NCBI RefSeq assembly: GCF_009914755.1
Contig: NC_060928.1
DNA: 64,000 nt
Reading direction: 5' to 3' (one strand)
DNA from: the human T2T-CHM13v2.0 reference genome, Homo sapiens
Within the stretch, counting starts at the first letter, position 1; the number at the start of each line of letters is the position of its first letter. Below, in pieces: positions 16,381 through 30,729 of the stretch. The notes under the pieces were generated by a model. It ran no database searches and was not told the DNA's origin. It saw only the letters and a list, made by a program, of their open reading frames with translations. The position numbers and the translations under genes were made by a program.

Positions 16381-16512
16381 AGGAAGGAAGGTAGGAAAGA
16401 TGGTAGGAATAAAGGAAGGAAGGAAGGAAGAAAGGAAGGAGGGAGGGATGGAGGGAGGGAGAGATAAAGGAAAGAAGGAAGAAAGGAAGGAAGGAAGAAA
16501 CGAAGGAAGGAG
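16381..16512. repeat. Degenerate (GGAA/GGGA)n purine-rich simple repeat
   Basis: Directly visible. Confidence 0.9.
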
Positions 16513-16769
16513 AGAAAACCTTACTAAAGTATTAGAAATTAATTGACTATGCAGTTTGATATGAATTCTGAAAAATATTTTTTTTCCAGGTAGTATTTAT
16601 ATTGTATGCAAAGAGTGTGAAGCACTCTTAATTCTTTGAAAATGCATGCTATCTCTTGCCTCTAGATTGTTACCATATTTGCATCAGTTTTTCCTGTTCT
16701 CTTTGCCTTGTACACTTTCTCATGCATCAAATTCAAGGTTTGATGCACATTCGCTGGGTTTTCACTGCA

Positions 16770-16905
16770 CACATCCAACCCACAAGCCTGAAGACAGGCT
16801 CTGTCTCGCTTGTTCCCATTGTTCCCATCATGACACATGTAACCAATGCTTGAAAAGAAGCATATTGAATAAGTGAATACATAAATAAATGAAGGAATGA
16901 ATGTA
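16770..16905 (+). mobile_element. L2 3'-end fragment
   Basis: gaagacaggctctgtctcgcttgttc...ttgaataagtgaat...aggaatgaatg tail. Confidence 0.55.
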
Positions 16906-19094
16906 TTAATATACGGAGTAACCCATTTCTCTTCTCCGTAATCATGCGACACTATAGTGAATTCCTAGTTGTTTTCAGGTGGTTTCAATTTTTATTTCTA
17001 TTTCCACTAAATTATCTTCCTCACTTCTGCGATTTTTCATCTTGATTTTCATTCTCAAATTTAGAAGGTTTTTAAATGTATACATGAATCTATATTTCAA
17101 ATATCTTTTCAAAAGGCAAAATTAATCAAATTATTATCATACCTAAAACTTTATAGAGCCCACTTTAGTCATTTGCTTATAATTCTAAAGCATGATGATG
17201 TGTATGTCTCTACAGGTTTGAAAATCATTCTAGATCCAAGATACTCTTGTACTTATTCAATAATCATGTATTAAATGCCAAGTATGTGTTTTCTTTAAAA
17301 AGGACCATAACAATAGCTATGAAACAACAATGTGATAAATGTAATGTAAAAAATACCCAGAATACTATGGAAGCACAAACAGGATATAGATCACTTCATT
17401 AGCTTATCTGGAAGCTAAAATTCTCCCAAGCTCACAATTCAATATTTTCTTCATGTGAAAGTGCAAAGTAATACACCAAAATGTTGCATTCTTATCTGCC
17501 TCATCCATGATTATATCCTTGTATAATCAATATATATTAGGTATTTGGAGGGCAGTACTGATTTATTCAAGACAATAGGGTAGTAACTTTAGGGCCCTGT
17601 TACAGTGGGGTCGCTACTTAAATCTATGCTATAAAGGTAGCCAGTCCTAAGATATCTAACACATCATGCCATGAGTGTGCAAAAATGCACAGAAGGAACT
17701 GAATTTTCAGAACAGTAGTTTTTCAGCCCAGAAACTATTTCTCCTTTAATCAAGAAAATGAACATTGCTGTTTACACCCCTAAATCACTCTTTGGTTATT
17801 CTTCTACTTTTAAAAAATGTAGTGTCAACCCCAGCTTCCTATTATTTTATATAAATTGGCAATTTTACATTACTCTTGAACGGTGCATTTCGCTATCACT
17901 CCTTATTTTTGTTGTTCTGCCTACTGTATCCCTGTTCATCATTGCTCTCCAGATGATGTCTAGGAGGAAATGGCATTCTGTTGGCCTATTAATATTGAGC
18001 TTTGTTCTTTCGTACATGGCTGATTTTTTCCTACCTCTATTTCTCTGTTTTAATAGCGTTTATAACCAATAGAATTAGGTTCCTAACTTAAATTGGATAT
18101 TATGAAGCACAAGGTATTACATGAGTAATGAACATTTCTCCTGCAGAAATTAGAGAGCATCCACAGACACCTTGTGGGCCATCATTAAATCAAAGGAAGG
18201 GACCCTCTGTGAAATGAGCACTGGCTGTGCATTGACAGCCTATGATCCCCTTAACCTGTCAGCTTTCATTACTCTACAGAAGATGAAAAATTACTTTGAA
18301 TGGCAAGATGAGTGTGGCGATATTGTGTTTGTGGATTCACGCATTCCAGAAATTGAAACTGATATTTTCCTCTGCACAGTGCTGAACAGAGAGCATCATT
18401 GTTCACCTTTGGTCCATCCAAAGTTCAAATGAACCATGACTTATGAGATATTTTATTTCCAGGACACCACCACATAAATACATAAGGCAAGCTGTATTGA
18501 TAAAGCCAGGGTCTATCTTAGGTAGTGTCTACCTCATACTGTGGCACAAGGAGATTGTTATGGGGTTAGGCTGGGTGAAATTCTCTTCCAAAAAAGTTAG
18601 AAATGTATCATTAAATAAATGTATCTTTATTTAACAATTTCTCAGAGTCTGAGGAAATAATGCTAAAACATATTGAAACTACCTATTTGTAGATGTATAC
18701 CTTATCTAAAGTTATATTGGATCCATGAGTTTTTCTTGATTTAATTTGTAAACCTTTTTCAATTTACATTAAAAACTACCTCTGTGAAGCTTTCAGAGAT
18801 TCTCCAGTATCCCAGTTTTTGATTTTAAAAATGAAGGTACAATCTATTTCTTTTATAGTATTATACAGTTTAATCATGTAGCTTTCCAGCTATTTAACTT
18901 TTCCAGTAATTTTAAATTTTAATGATTAGAACTCAGAGAATTTTAAAAATATTTTCATTTAGCTTAAGTGTTTATCTCTGGCTTACTGGAGGCTCCATAA
19001 GCCTTGCTTGTGTTAAAGCAAAGAGGGCTCTAATGCACACAATAGATGATGCACCGTGGATTTGTTACAGGAGAGCTTACTTTTGTCTTTAGGC

Positions 19095-19314
19095 CAAGCT
19101 TGTTCAACCCATGGCCCACAGTCCACATGTGGCCCAGGACGGCTTTGAACATGGCCCAACACAAATTCGTAAACTTTCTTAAAAGACTATGAGTTTTTGT
19201 TTTTTTTTGTTAGCTCAACAGCTCTTGATAGTGTTTGTGTATTTTATGTGTGGCCCAAGACAATTCTTCTTCTTCCCATGTGACCCAGAGAAGCCAAAAG
19301 ATTGGACACCCATG
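19095..19314 (-). mobile_element. MER30 hAT-Charlie MITE, complete
   Basis: Termini caagcttgttcaa / ttggacacccatg; perfect 8-bp TSD ctttaggc at 19087-19094 and 19315-19322. Confidence 0.93.
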
Positions 19315-19699
19315 CTTTAGGCTACAGCTGTTGTTATCTTTTAGAAAACTAGTTATTTACACATCTCTTTCTCATATCATATTATAACATTATAGTTTAT
19401 TATCTTATAAGTTGGGTTAATAATATGAAATACATTTCTTTTTATTTAATATTTCTTTCTCAGAAGACCTTTGTACTTCAACTTAAAACAGGCATTATAA
19501 TAATTTTTGTTTTTGGCATTCAGAGGATTGTTAACTTTTCAGATGATTTGTTTTCTGATATTTAAGTATAATTTATTGTCCAATGACTTCTGGAAGTATG
19601 GATACATTCTATTCATATGTTCATTTACCAAGATCTCAATAGCAGGTGCCATGGGCCAAGACAAAACTCACCATAGTGTTCCCCTTGAAAGTTTACAGA

Positions 19700-20013
<314 letters not shown>

Positions 20014-20449
20014 CTAGGGAGTGTTTGGTAGTTTTCATAGGTAAGAGGCCACCAAACGAAGGCATTTTCTTAAAACACAAACACAATGACACAGCAATAA
20101 AATGTAATAATTTCCAGGACTGTGGTATACTTACAGATAAAAATGCATCACTGATGCTTTACGTGTGTCTAACTATAATAGACCAACTATTAGAGCATCC
20201 ACATTAATAGACAATTACTGGTAGTAATGGATAAGAGATCGAAAGGAACACTGATCAGTCTAAGATTCATTAGTCTATGAAAGTTTGTAAATTTGCCAGA
20301 GGTATTAAATATCTGCTAGAGGTCTTCTCTGCTGATGATGTTGAGTATTATTGTGAAGTCAATGAGAAGAGTCTAGAACCCTCCACATAATTTCCATCAT
20401 ATAAAGTTTTGATCCAGAAGACACAATATAATTTTAAAAGTTGATGTAA

Positions 20450-20864
<415 letters not shown>

Positions 20865-21075
20865 GAAACGTCTTTTGTATTTTAACGACTACAATGAAGA
20901 TTGAAAAATATAATAAATATTATAAAATATTCCTCTTTTACACTTTCTATTATAAATGGTAAATTTAAGTTCTTATTAACTAGGGATATTCTGAATGATA
21001 CAATAGCTGACTGAGAGGGTAGAAAGAATACATTGCTACAAAGGGAAACCACAGGCAAAATTTCTTGTATCTGGT

Positions 21076-21482
21076 TGATATAGCTTGGGTGTTTGTCCCC
21101 TCCAAATCTCATGTTGAAGTTTGATTCCCAGTGTTGGAGGTGGGGCCTGTGGGAGGTGCTTGGATCATGAAAGCAGATCCCTCATGAATGTCTTAGTGCC
21201 ATCCCCTTGATGATGAATGAGTTCACTTGAGATCTTGTTTAAAAGTGAGTGGCACCGCCCTGCTGGCTCCCTTCCTTTGGCCCTCACCGTGTGATGTGCC
21301 TGCTCCCACTTCACCTTCCACCATGACTGTGAGCTTCCTGAGGCCTCCCCAGAAGTTGAGCAAATGCAAACACCATGCTTCCTGTACAGCCTGCAGGAAC
21401 ATGAGCTAATTAAACCTCTTTTCTTTATAAATGGCCCACCCTCAGGTATTTCTTTATAGCAAAACAAAAACAGCCTAACAAA
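21076..21482 (+). mobile_element. MSTB-like MaLR solo LTR
   Basis: tgatatagcttgggtgtttgtcccctccaaatctcatgttgaa...aattaaacctcttttctttataaat; 5-bp TSD ctggt at 21071-21075 and 21483-21487. Confidence 0.9.
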
Positions 21483-21849
21483 CTGGTTGAACAAAACTTG
21501 AGTGCTTTGAGAAATTTCACCTTGAATTTGTTATATTACTGTTCTTTTAAAATTTGATGAAAATATTTTAACAAAAATATAATTATTAGAAAATATTATG
21601 TCTTAAATATCAGGTGGTCTCAAGAGGACTTACTAAGCATGAATCGGGTACTTGTTAGTCTGAACCTAAAATAACAGTAAGGCTATTTCTTAAATATTTT
21701 GCCATGCTTTCAGCCTTCTGAATTTTTGCTCAGAGTCTAAGCCTTAGACTCTTATGTTCTAACTCACCTCTGTGAATTCATACTTGCCTCATCCCGAGTG
21801 CAACTTCTGCCCCTTGTGCTTAAAGTAATCTTCATGTCCTTACCATTTT

Positions 21850-22390
21850 AGAAATCCTTCAGTAGCTCACAACCAGGAGCTTAATGACCTTCCTAAGCTC
21901 CTTAGCATGATAGGTCAGTGTCCTGGATTTCTTTTCAATTTTGTCTCCCACCTAGACCTCTTACTTAGGCAATCTGAACCATAATGACAGTATTTTCCCA
22001 ATACTACATATTCTTTCATACTTTCAAAATTTTGAACATTGTTTTCTCTCTGCCTAGAGTGCCCTTCATCTACATTGTAATTCTGGTAATTTATTCTTCA
22101 ATATTAAAATTGAGCTCCAGTTCCTTTCCTCTAGGAAGTCTTTTCTGTCTTGTCTCAGCAAGGGCAAATGTCTTCTCCTCTGTTCTCTTTAAGTAAATCA
22201 TTTAATCTTTATTTTGGTATTTACAGGAGAGCTGTGGTTCTTTAGTTTATATGCTCTTTTTCATGCAGGACTGTGGACCCTGTGGGCCCCTCTGTTGTAA
22301 GGCTGTGAGCTATTCATATTCTCATTTTTAATGAGTCATATGTCTGGTACCCAGAAGATATTTGAATTTATATTTGAGGAATGAATAAGT
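21850..22390 (+). mobile_element. L2 fragment
   Basis: Pyrimidine-rich diverged L2 words (ccttagcatg, ttctctctgcctagagtgccc, cctctaggaagtctttt) ending tgaggaatgaat. Confidence 0.55.
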
Positions 22391-25162
22391 CATTAGTAAG
22401 TGTTTGATATTGGACTGTGGTGTCATTTCTTTTTATTCCGACACTCCCGTTTTCCTCTTCATTGATGGTTCCTGTGTGAGTGTGTGGCCCTCCCCCACTG
22501 CCCTGCCCTCAGTTACCTTAGTGGTCATTGTTCAGGAAGAAGGCACAAATTCTTCCACTGGATTTTAGAATGCAATCACGTAAAAGGGTAAGAAATTCAA
22601 TCAAACTGCTACACAGTTTGTCAGGAAAAGAAATTAACAACCATGGCACATTTTCCTGAGTTTTATTTATGTTCTGGAAAATGGTTTCCTCCTGACCTAA
22701 CCATGACTGAAAAGAAACATTGTTTCTTAAAATGTCACCAATAAATTTAACAGAGTGATATTAAGTATTTTATAGGAGAAGCCCTGGCCAATACAAGCAA
22801 GAGTTCATCTGGTGTGAGTTACATATTTTTTCTGAACTTAATTCTTTCTAAAAATATAAAAACTTATTATTTGGGAACAGCCAATATGTTTGCTATATAA
22901 AGAATCTTAAGTCCAAGCTGTGTCACTTCCATTAAGGATTGAAGAACAGGAAAGGAGACAGTTTCGATCTCCCAAGCCCTTTCACTAAGATCATTTCTAC
23001 AGAGTTGAATTGAAAGTACTTTCTACTGAGATCCCAGATGGATCTATTATTGGAATATTAATGTCATATGGATTGTCTCAGTTTTGGCATCATGATAAGC
23101 TTTCTTTATATCACAATTCAGTTGATTTATGTCCTAATCACCCTGTGGCAGGGCCATTATTAAGTGGATGCAGGAATGTGATACAGTTCAGCTCAAGTTA
23201 ACCTTGCTTCACAATAGTGACATGAGTTAATTTAATTCCTGTCACCAGACTCCGCAAGGGGTATATTGCACATTACCTCTCGTTATTGCAGCTGCGAGTC
23301 ATTATCTCCAAATCGCCCTTCGTAAAACCTATATGTGTCCCTTCTTACACGTGTCCCATACAGTGAGAGAGAGGCTGCATAATCAAATATCCATAAAGAA
23401 ATATACCATAACAATCAACCTCATAGGAAGTTCATGACAAATATATAAAATGTTTAGATGTTTAGTTCCAGTAAAATGATGCCAGGTCCATAAACTGTCC
23501 CAAGCTCTCTGAAATACCTGAGCAAAAACCTATGGAAACATTAACAGTAATCTCAATTGCAATAAGGACAAAGGAGGGCAGTGAAACTGTTGCAAGAACA
23601 GGCAAAATTCCTGTAAGCATGATTCCTATCATATATCTGAATAATGAGACTAGATTGCCATTCATAGTACAGATATAATTTTAGTTTCCCAGAAGTAAAA
23701 AGGAAGGCTTCTTTTATCATTCATACTCTGCTTTATGTTGAAGAGATGCCAAATCTCTACCAAAAAGAAAATGAAGCAGTCTTCCTTCTACTGTGTTGAT
23801 GTTTCTATTTTTTAGGAACATATGTATGTGTCTAGTGTGTGTGTGTGTGTGAGAGAGAGAGAGATTTCCTAATATAAAGCAATAAAATTTCCCGTGGGCC
23901 ATGTTAAGACATAAACAAATACAGACATGTACTTGGGCAAGGCGGTAGCGCTTAAGACCAATTTTCTTTTTTCCCCCATTCTTCTTGGATCTGCACGTCA
24001 CATCCTGGAGGTTATTTATACAAAAATCATCACTATTAATCCTCAGCCTAAACCATTTATTTAGTATGTGGTATGCATTTTACCTTACTGTCCACTGTTT
24101 TTCTTCTAGACCAGTTTTCAGAGTGCTAAGGTTTCTAATTTTTTTTCTTCTTTGACACAATTTTTACTGAGTAGGAAATGTCATGTATTAATCATTTTAA
24201 AATATTGAAATAAATATGTGAGTAAATCAAGCGATCAGCCTCTACTCAGTCCACAACTCCCTGTTATTCCAATTGGCTTAATCTTCCCATTTTTTCCAGC
24301 ACTAGAGTCTAGTTCTACCTTGGTCCTGCTCATCTCTTTCTCTCTCTCTCTCGCTCTCTCTTTGGGCAGGACTCTTTCCTTCTGAAAATAAATTTTGGTT
24401 GGAGGTTTATGAGATCTGCTCCTGAAAGATTTTCTTGACTCTGCTGATATTTTCCCATAGCGTTATCCAATTTTTATATTTAATCTTTCTTCCTGGATCT
24501 GGCTTTGTAAGCATTTACACATAATTCGAACTTTTTGAGTTTTCTCCATGTCTGAGTTTCCTGAAAACCAACTTGTAGAGTTTTTAATGTCTCCTTGTTA
24601 TTATTATTAGTCTTTTTGCTATTTCTACTAAAAGAAATAATTCAGAAATACATTGTTTCTATATCTCCAAAGGAACTAGAAATTCCTGATTTTTTTTTTT
24701 AAGAACACAGAACGGCACCACCTTAGACCTGGGCAAGCTAGACCTTTACTCTGAATCCTGTGGCTCGGGGTCTGCCATCTTTCCACTTTAGAGTGCTTTC
24801 CTGCAGGCAAGTCCTTCTCCAGTGCTAGGAACATATTGGGACCTGCCTAGGTCTGTGTTTCTCTTTCTCCTATTTCATGTGTGCCCTGGCCCTCTATCCT
24901 ATATGTGAGATTGACCAGATGCCCCCAAAGAGCTGTAGAACTTGCACCTGAATTATCCTAGTGAGGTAATGCTTTTGCAAGATTGCTGAGGTTGGATCTT
25001 CAGATAAATGCTGACATGCTCCTTCAAGTGAGTGTGGGCTGAGTTCAGGATCCTAGACAACAGAAGCTACACCACTGGTGCTTGGACATGAGCTACATAT
25101 GTGTTCTAACCATGATATCACCTATGGTCTTTATCATCCAAAGGTGGTAGAGGTGGTGGCAG

Positions 25163-25756
25163 TGTAACCGGCAAAAGGGTCTGCATGCTCGCCACTTATA
25201 AAAAGAAACCGAGATGACAAGACTGAGATGTGATTAAAAAGAGAGTGAAATTTTATTATCCATGCCAGCAGAGGGAGGAGTGGGTGCAATTCTTATCAAA
25301 AATTTCCACTCTTCAATTTGTGGAGGAAACCCAGGAGTTTTAAAAGAGAGGGTTTGAAGTTCAGACGAGGCAAGGGGGCTAGGATGTGTCAGGTGATGTG
25401 ACCCACTCCGATGGCTTGTCTTGAATTATTGTTTCATTTGGTAATGGGACTAGCACCATTGCAGCTGGAGGTGCCTGGTCCATACAAGGAGCCAGCCCCA
25501 GAAGCTTCTAAGAAAATATATGATCAGATAAGTGAGCATGGTGTGTGCCTAACAAGCATGTAGGTAAATAGGTGTGCATAAGCATAGAATGGGAAAAGAA
25601 AGGGAGTGGAAGCTCACAGTACATTTCAAGGCTGTATTTCTAGATGAAAGGAAACATATGGAGTTTGTCTCAAAGTTATGTCTTGAGATTGGGGAGAAAG
25701 AAGGAAAGAAAACAAAAGTTTTAAAATGCAGTTTGAAGCCAAGCTGCTTCATTACA
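25163..25756 (-). mobile_element. ERV1-class solo LTR (~594 bp), subfamily not assigned
   Basis: TGTAA...TTACA termini; 4-bp TSD gcag at 25159-25162 and 25757-25760; tttatt (AATAAA on the - strand) near 25252. Confidence 0.8.
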
Positions 25757-28479
25757 GCAGGTGTTCTCTATCTGCCCCCACTTCTGGCACTCAGGGTTAC
25801 TCAATTCCCCCCACAATGGGCTCCCTGCCACATGTTAAGTAGTCCTTAGGGATGGCCACATCTATCTTTTTCAAGAGTCTTGAGACCATTGTTTCATAAT
25901 GCCAATAGGCCCTTCCTATCAGTATTGTCTTTTGCATTCAATCAATATGGTGAGGTGAAGCTTTCCCAGTTCAGTCTAAATTTGTAACAAACCTCAGCTT
26001 ATGGGAATGTTGCCTTACATGCTTATGGGAATGTTGCCCTCTCCACCAGCATGGCCTTTGCCATTCCTTCCCTACTGATGGTGCATAGAAGTCAGGTGTG
26101 AAGGCAACATCAAAGGAAATCATATTCTACCATGCATTCATTCTGACTTAAAGACATCACAAGATAACTTAGTTGGAAAATGTGTTATTCTACATTTATA
26201 CTATACAATTCTGACTGGTAAATTTAACAAGAAAATGAACATTTGTTCAAAGTTTTCTCCAAATAGTGAATAACACTTGGGTTGGTGATCATCATCAATG
26301 AAGCAAATAACAACCTTTGAGAAAGTCATTCAAAGCCAGTATTCACTTTTGGCATGATTGATGATGCAGTCTTGCAATTAATTGCAGAACCAGAATTAAA
26401 TATATGATATCAAGGAACTGAAGAGGAGAAGATCTATTTTGCTTTAATACATTATGGAGCCATGGCATTATGAGTAATAACAGCATTGCTATCTTTTTCT
26501 CATAGTGGAACATATTAAATTAGCTGGGAATGGCACATTTTAAATAAAAATATGAAGAGATGGTTTCTGAACCTGAAAGGAAGGGTTGACTTTTGGGTTT
26601 ACAAATATACAGCACATGCACTGATTGGAAAATAAACAAATTTTTAAGTTCCTCTTCAGTCCACATTACTCTAAATATTCATCATTAAGTCACTATTCAC
26701 TCACAGTAACCCACGAATTTTATAATGCACATTTAATCAATTTTTACGTAGAGAGGAAAAGCACAAAAGCTTTTGTCAGAGGCCCTACATACCCTAAAGA
26801 TGGCCTTGAGGCAGCATGCTGAATGTCTGTCTTTTCATTTCTATTCTCATTCCTCACTATATCTCAATATTTAAATTAGTTGTACTTAAATTCATGAAAA
26901 ATAGATGGGCAACAATTGATGTCTCTGTATAAGGATGTGATTGGAGAGTGAGGTGGTTGGTATGGGAAGTGTCGCCTGCATCTGATCATGTTGGGTCTGG
27001 AAATACTATATATCATTTAGAAAGTTGATTAAAGTACTTTAGGAAGTTAATATAGGTGACCTCATAACATGTAGGCGGTTAAAAGAAGGTTAGCTTTAGG
27101 GAATGATGTGTGTCCTTTTGAAGAGGTGAAAAAGATTCTGAAGATAGAATCCAATATAAAGGCATACCTCACAAAACATGTAGGGTGAAATAATCAATTA
27201 TGGAATTTCAATTAATTATTCTATTGAATTCCTAAGGATAATATTTTATGGGTTAAAGGATCTGAGTAAAAAATTATGATATAGAAATATTTTCAAATGA
27301 GTATTTTGAATAATTTCCAATTAAAAAAATAACTAAATCAACATAAGTGTCAATTTGGTTATTAACCAAGTACAAATCAAATCTATTCTTAAACAGAAAA
27401 AGTCTAATGTTACTTATAAATTTAATCTACCAATAACTTGAATATAAATCTAGAATTTAATTGGAGAGGATATATTGAAAGCAAAATCAATGTGTAATAC
27501 ATTTCTTGTTTAATATGTGAATGTTTAAAATAAGCTATTATTTTCTAACTGATAATTTAACAAGTACAGGTTAATATTGTTAAGCTTCATTCTTATGAAT
27601 CATAAACAAAAATAAAGAAAAGAATATAATGAATTGCAATGAAAACACACTGAGTAAAAAATTCAATGTACAGATTATTCAATTTTTATCCGAGTATACT
27701 GATATATAAAAAATGCATACAGGGCATAAATTTAAATATTACCAATTATTTTTCTTGGATAGTAAAAAATAAATTATTTTATTTTGGATTTTGGATTTTA
27801 AAATGTTCTTAAATAAGCTTTATAATTTATAATCATAATTAGCATATGTTATTTTTAAAATTTAGATCTATCATCATAATTTAAAGATGAGTTTACTATA
27901 AAGAGTTTTCTCCCATAGTAGAGAGTTTCAAGGCCTAATTTTTGGACCAAACTAACAGTCATAAATATTTCACTGATATAGAAACTGGAAGTGAAAGACA
28001 TCAGCTTCTAAGAACATTTACAAAACCAAAATCCAAAGTTCTTTGACATAGGATGTTAGCCATTGTTTGAAATTGTTGCTTATATATATATATATTTTTT
28101 TTTACCATAATATATGTTCATATTGCAGACAATTGCCTTTTCACAGTTTAAATCATTTTAGCCAGCATTTTAATTAATGACTCTGCTGCACATACATTCT
28201 CTTTCACAATATGTGTTTCATAACACCGTTATGATCGGGGTGCAAAAATAGAGCCTATTAACTCTCACAGAACTTATGGAGTTTTTCCTATTAAAGGACT
28301 CTTGTAAATCGTGCAAGCAACTAGATCTACAGGTAGATATGACAAAATAGGTATTGTAATCAATATTTTGACTTGATGATTAGCAAGCAAATACTGGAGA
28401 CTGAAGCCGTATTTAAGCAAATTATAGCATTCAATTAAAATAAAAAAACATTTTTAACATAACTTATAATGGCTTTTAT

Positions 28480-28670
28480 TGAGTAGTCAGTTTCATGTGC
28501 AGTTCTAGGCTCTTTTTTGGTCGTTACATTTAACCCTTGAAAATGCAGTGTGTATTGTAATCTCTGTTTTATAGATAAGGAAACTAAAGTTCAATGTGGT
28601 CACAAAAATTGAACAAATCCCATAGATAACAAATGTCAGACCTGGGAGCTTATCTGGCTCTAAAATATAT
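28480..28670 (-). mobile_element. MIR fragment
   Basis: gttttatagataaggaaactaaagttca...aaatgtcagacctggga. Confidence 0.65.
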
Positions 28671-29032
28671 TATCTTGGCCAATGCTATAACTATCATAAA
28701 ACTCACTGATTTAAAAAAAAAAAGCAAAGACTAGAGAAGGCAGTATCACATTGCAGAACACACACATATAGAGTTCCTTTTTGCAAGAGAAATTTATGAA
28801 ATAGAGAACATAACAAAAATAATTTTCAGGGATAAATTGTGTTTTGAAAAAATGAATGAAGATATGGTCTATTTAAAAATCCAGAAGTACAGTGGAGAAG
28901 GTAAAACCCTTACTGTTACTGTTCCTATAATTCAAATATTTGGAATGAGTTAGGAAAGAAAGTACCTATTACAATTTATAAAGCTATTCAAATATTTAAT
29001 GAGCACTGTTGTTCAAGATATTCCGTTAGGCA

Positions 29033-29035
<3 letters not shown>

Positions 29036-29076
<41 letters not shown>

Positions 29077-29110
29077 GTCTGTCTCTCTCTGTCTCTCTCC
29101 CTCTCTCCTG

Positions 29111-29143
<33 letters not shown>

Positions 29144-29154
29144 ATGTGTGTGTG
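29036..29154. repeat. Compound (CT)n/(TG)n microsatellite
   Basis: Directly visible. Confidence 0.95.
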
Positions 29155-30370
29155 TTGAAAGAGGTAGAGGGCAGAATGGTGTCCTCACGATCTTGATTAG
29201 ACAGCAGAACTTTCAGAAATATTTCAAAGATAAAATTTATGGACTTCCCTCAAGTATGTTATTAGACTATAAACTATTTTATTGGAGGCCAATATTCATA
29301 CGCATAAGTCATCTTAATGAAGTATAGATTATTGATCTTAAACATGTTAGTTACTTGATACTGAGGATGGATTTCTGAAACTGTAGCTTCATACTGAATG
29401 CTCTAATTTTAAGGAGGTCCTCTAAAACTGCTTTTATGACAATAAAAAATTTCCCACCAGTATGAAGATATCTGAAGTTTTAAGAACTTCAGAATGTCAA
29501 CTCAGATATTACCAAGGAAACTGAAGGACTTTTATGTCAAACATCAGCATTTTCCTTCTACCTCCTTGTTTTACTTGAACCTCATTCTTCCCTGAAATCA
29601 GTTTCTCAGCCAACACTTTCCTGATTGTAATCTCCCATCCCCTTGAACCCAGTAGCAGAAGGTGGGCTCAGTATTGTCCTCACTCACCAATGTCCTTCTC
29701 AGAATATTCAACATTCACAGAAACAAAATTAAAATCAAAAGACCATGAGGAAACTTCTGTTACTTTAAGCTAAACCAATCAGTCATACAACAATACGACC
29801 AGCTGCTTGTTAGCATCTACTATCTGGCAATTATTCCCTATCATTCTCATTCACAGATTTTCCTTCCACCTTAAATCTTGCCATAATTGGAGGTATTTTT
29901 TGCAGGTATGATGTATTCAATCTTTTACCCTCTCAATTTTGTGCTAAAACTCCAATAATATTCACTTCCATTATACTCAAACCAAGCACTTTCATATTCA
30001 TAGAAGTTATCTTTTCTATATCTAAACAAATAAAAATATCAAAAGCACACCATTGCTTTATTTTTATTAAATTATTCAGCAGCTCCTTCTCTCTTTTTTT
30101 CTAGGTGAATGTCTTTAAACAATGGTCACTATTGTGGCTAAGTCTTTTCACTCATCTTCCAAACTATGCACGGTGGTTTCTGCCACTCTCATGCCACTGA
30201 ATTTGTCTCATCAAGGTCATCAGTGGCATAAAACATTAAATTCACACTCTGAGTTGTCTTTCCTGATAGCCACCAAACTTACTACGTACCCGACTGATAT
30301 GGTTTGGCTGAATTGCCACCCAAATCTCATCTTGAATTCCCACGTGTTGTGGGAGGGACCCAGTGGGAGG

Positions 30371-30381
30371 TAACTGAATCA
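30371..30381 (+). promoter_or_regulatory. DUX4-like motif in THE1 5'LTR (TAACTGAATCA; the 3'LTR copy TAATCGAATCA is at 32580-32590)
   Basis: Matches the known MaLR DUX4 site (TAATTGAATCA-type) with one change; binding is not demonstrated. Confidence 0.45.
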
Positions 30382-30441
30382 TGGGAGCAGGTCTTTCCCA
30401 TGCTGTTCTTATGATAATGAATAAGTCTCATGATATCTGAT

Positions 30442-30729
30442 TTTTTTTTTTGACGGAATCTTGCTTTGTCAACCAGGCTAGAATGCAGTACTGCAATCTC
30501 AGCTCACTGCAACATCTGCCTCCAGGTTGAAATGAATTCTCTTGCCTCAGCCTCCAAGTAGCTGCAATTACAGGTGCCTGGCATGACACCCAGCTAATTT
30601 TTGTATTTTTAGTACAGACAAGGTGTCACCATTTTGGCCAGTCTGGTCTTGAACTCCTGACCTGGGGTGATCCACCCACCTCAGCCTCCCAAAGTGCTGG
30701 GATTACAGGTGTGGACCACTAGGCCTGGC
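30442..30729 (-). mobile_element. AluS inserted in the THE1 5'LTR
   Basis: Antisense Alu; TSD tga(t/g)atctgat at 30431 and 30730. Confidence 0.92.

Noticed and set aside
16381-16512. GGAA tract as an EWS-FLI1-type microsatellite enhancer
   Set aside because: It is heavily interrupted, with only about four consecutive GGAA units.
24712-25860. Possible old DNA transposon hosting the ERV1 LTR
   Set aside because: The terminal inverted repeats are too degenerate to support a call by eye.
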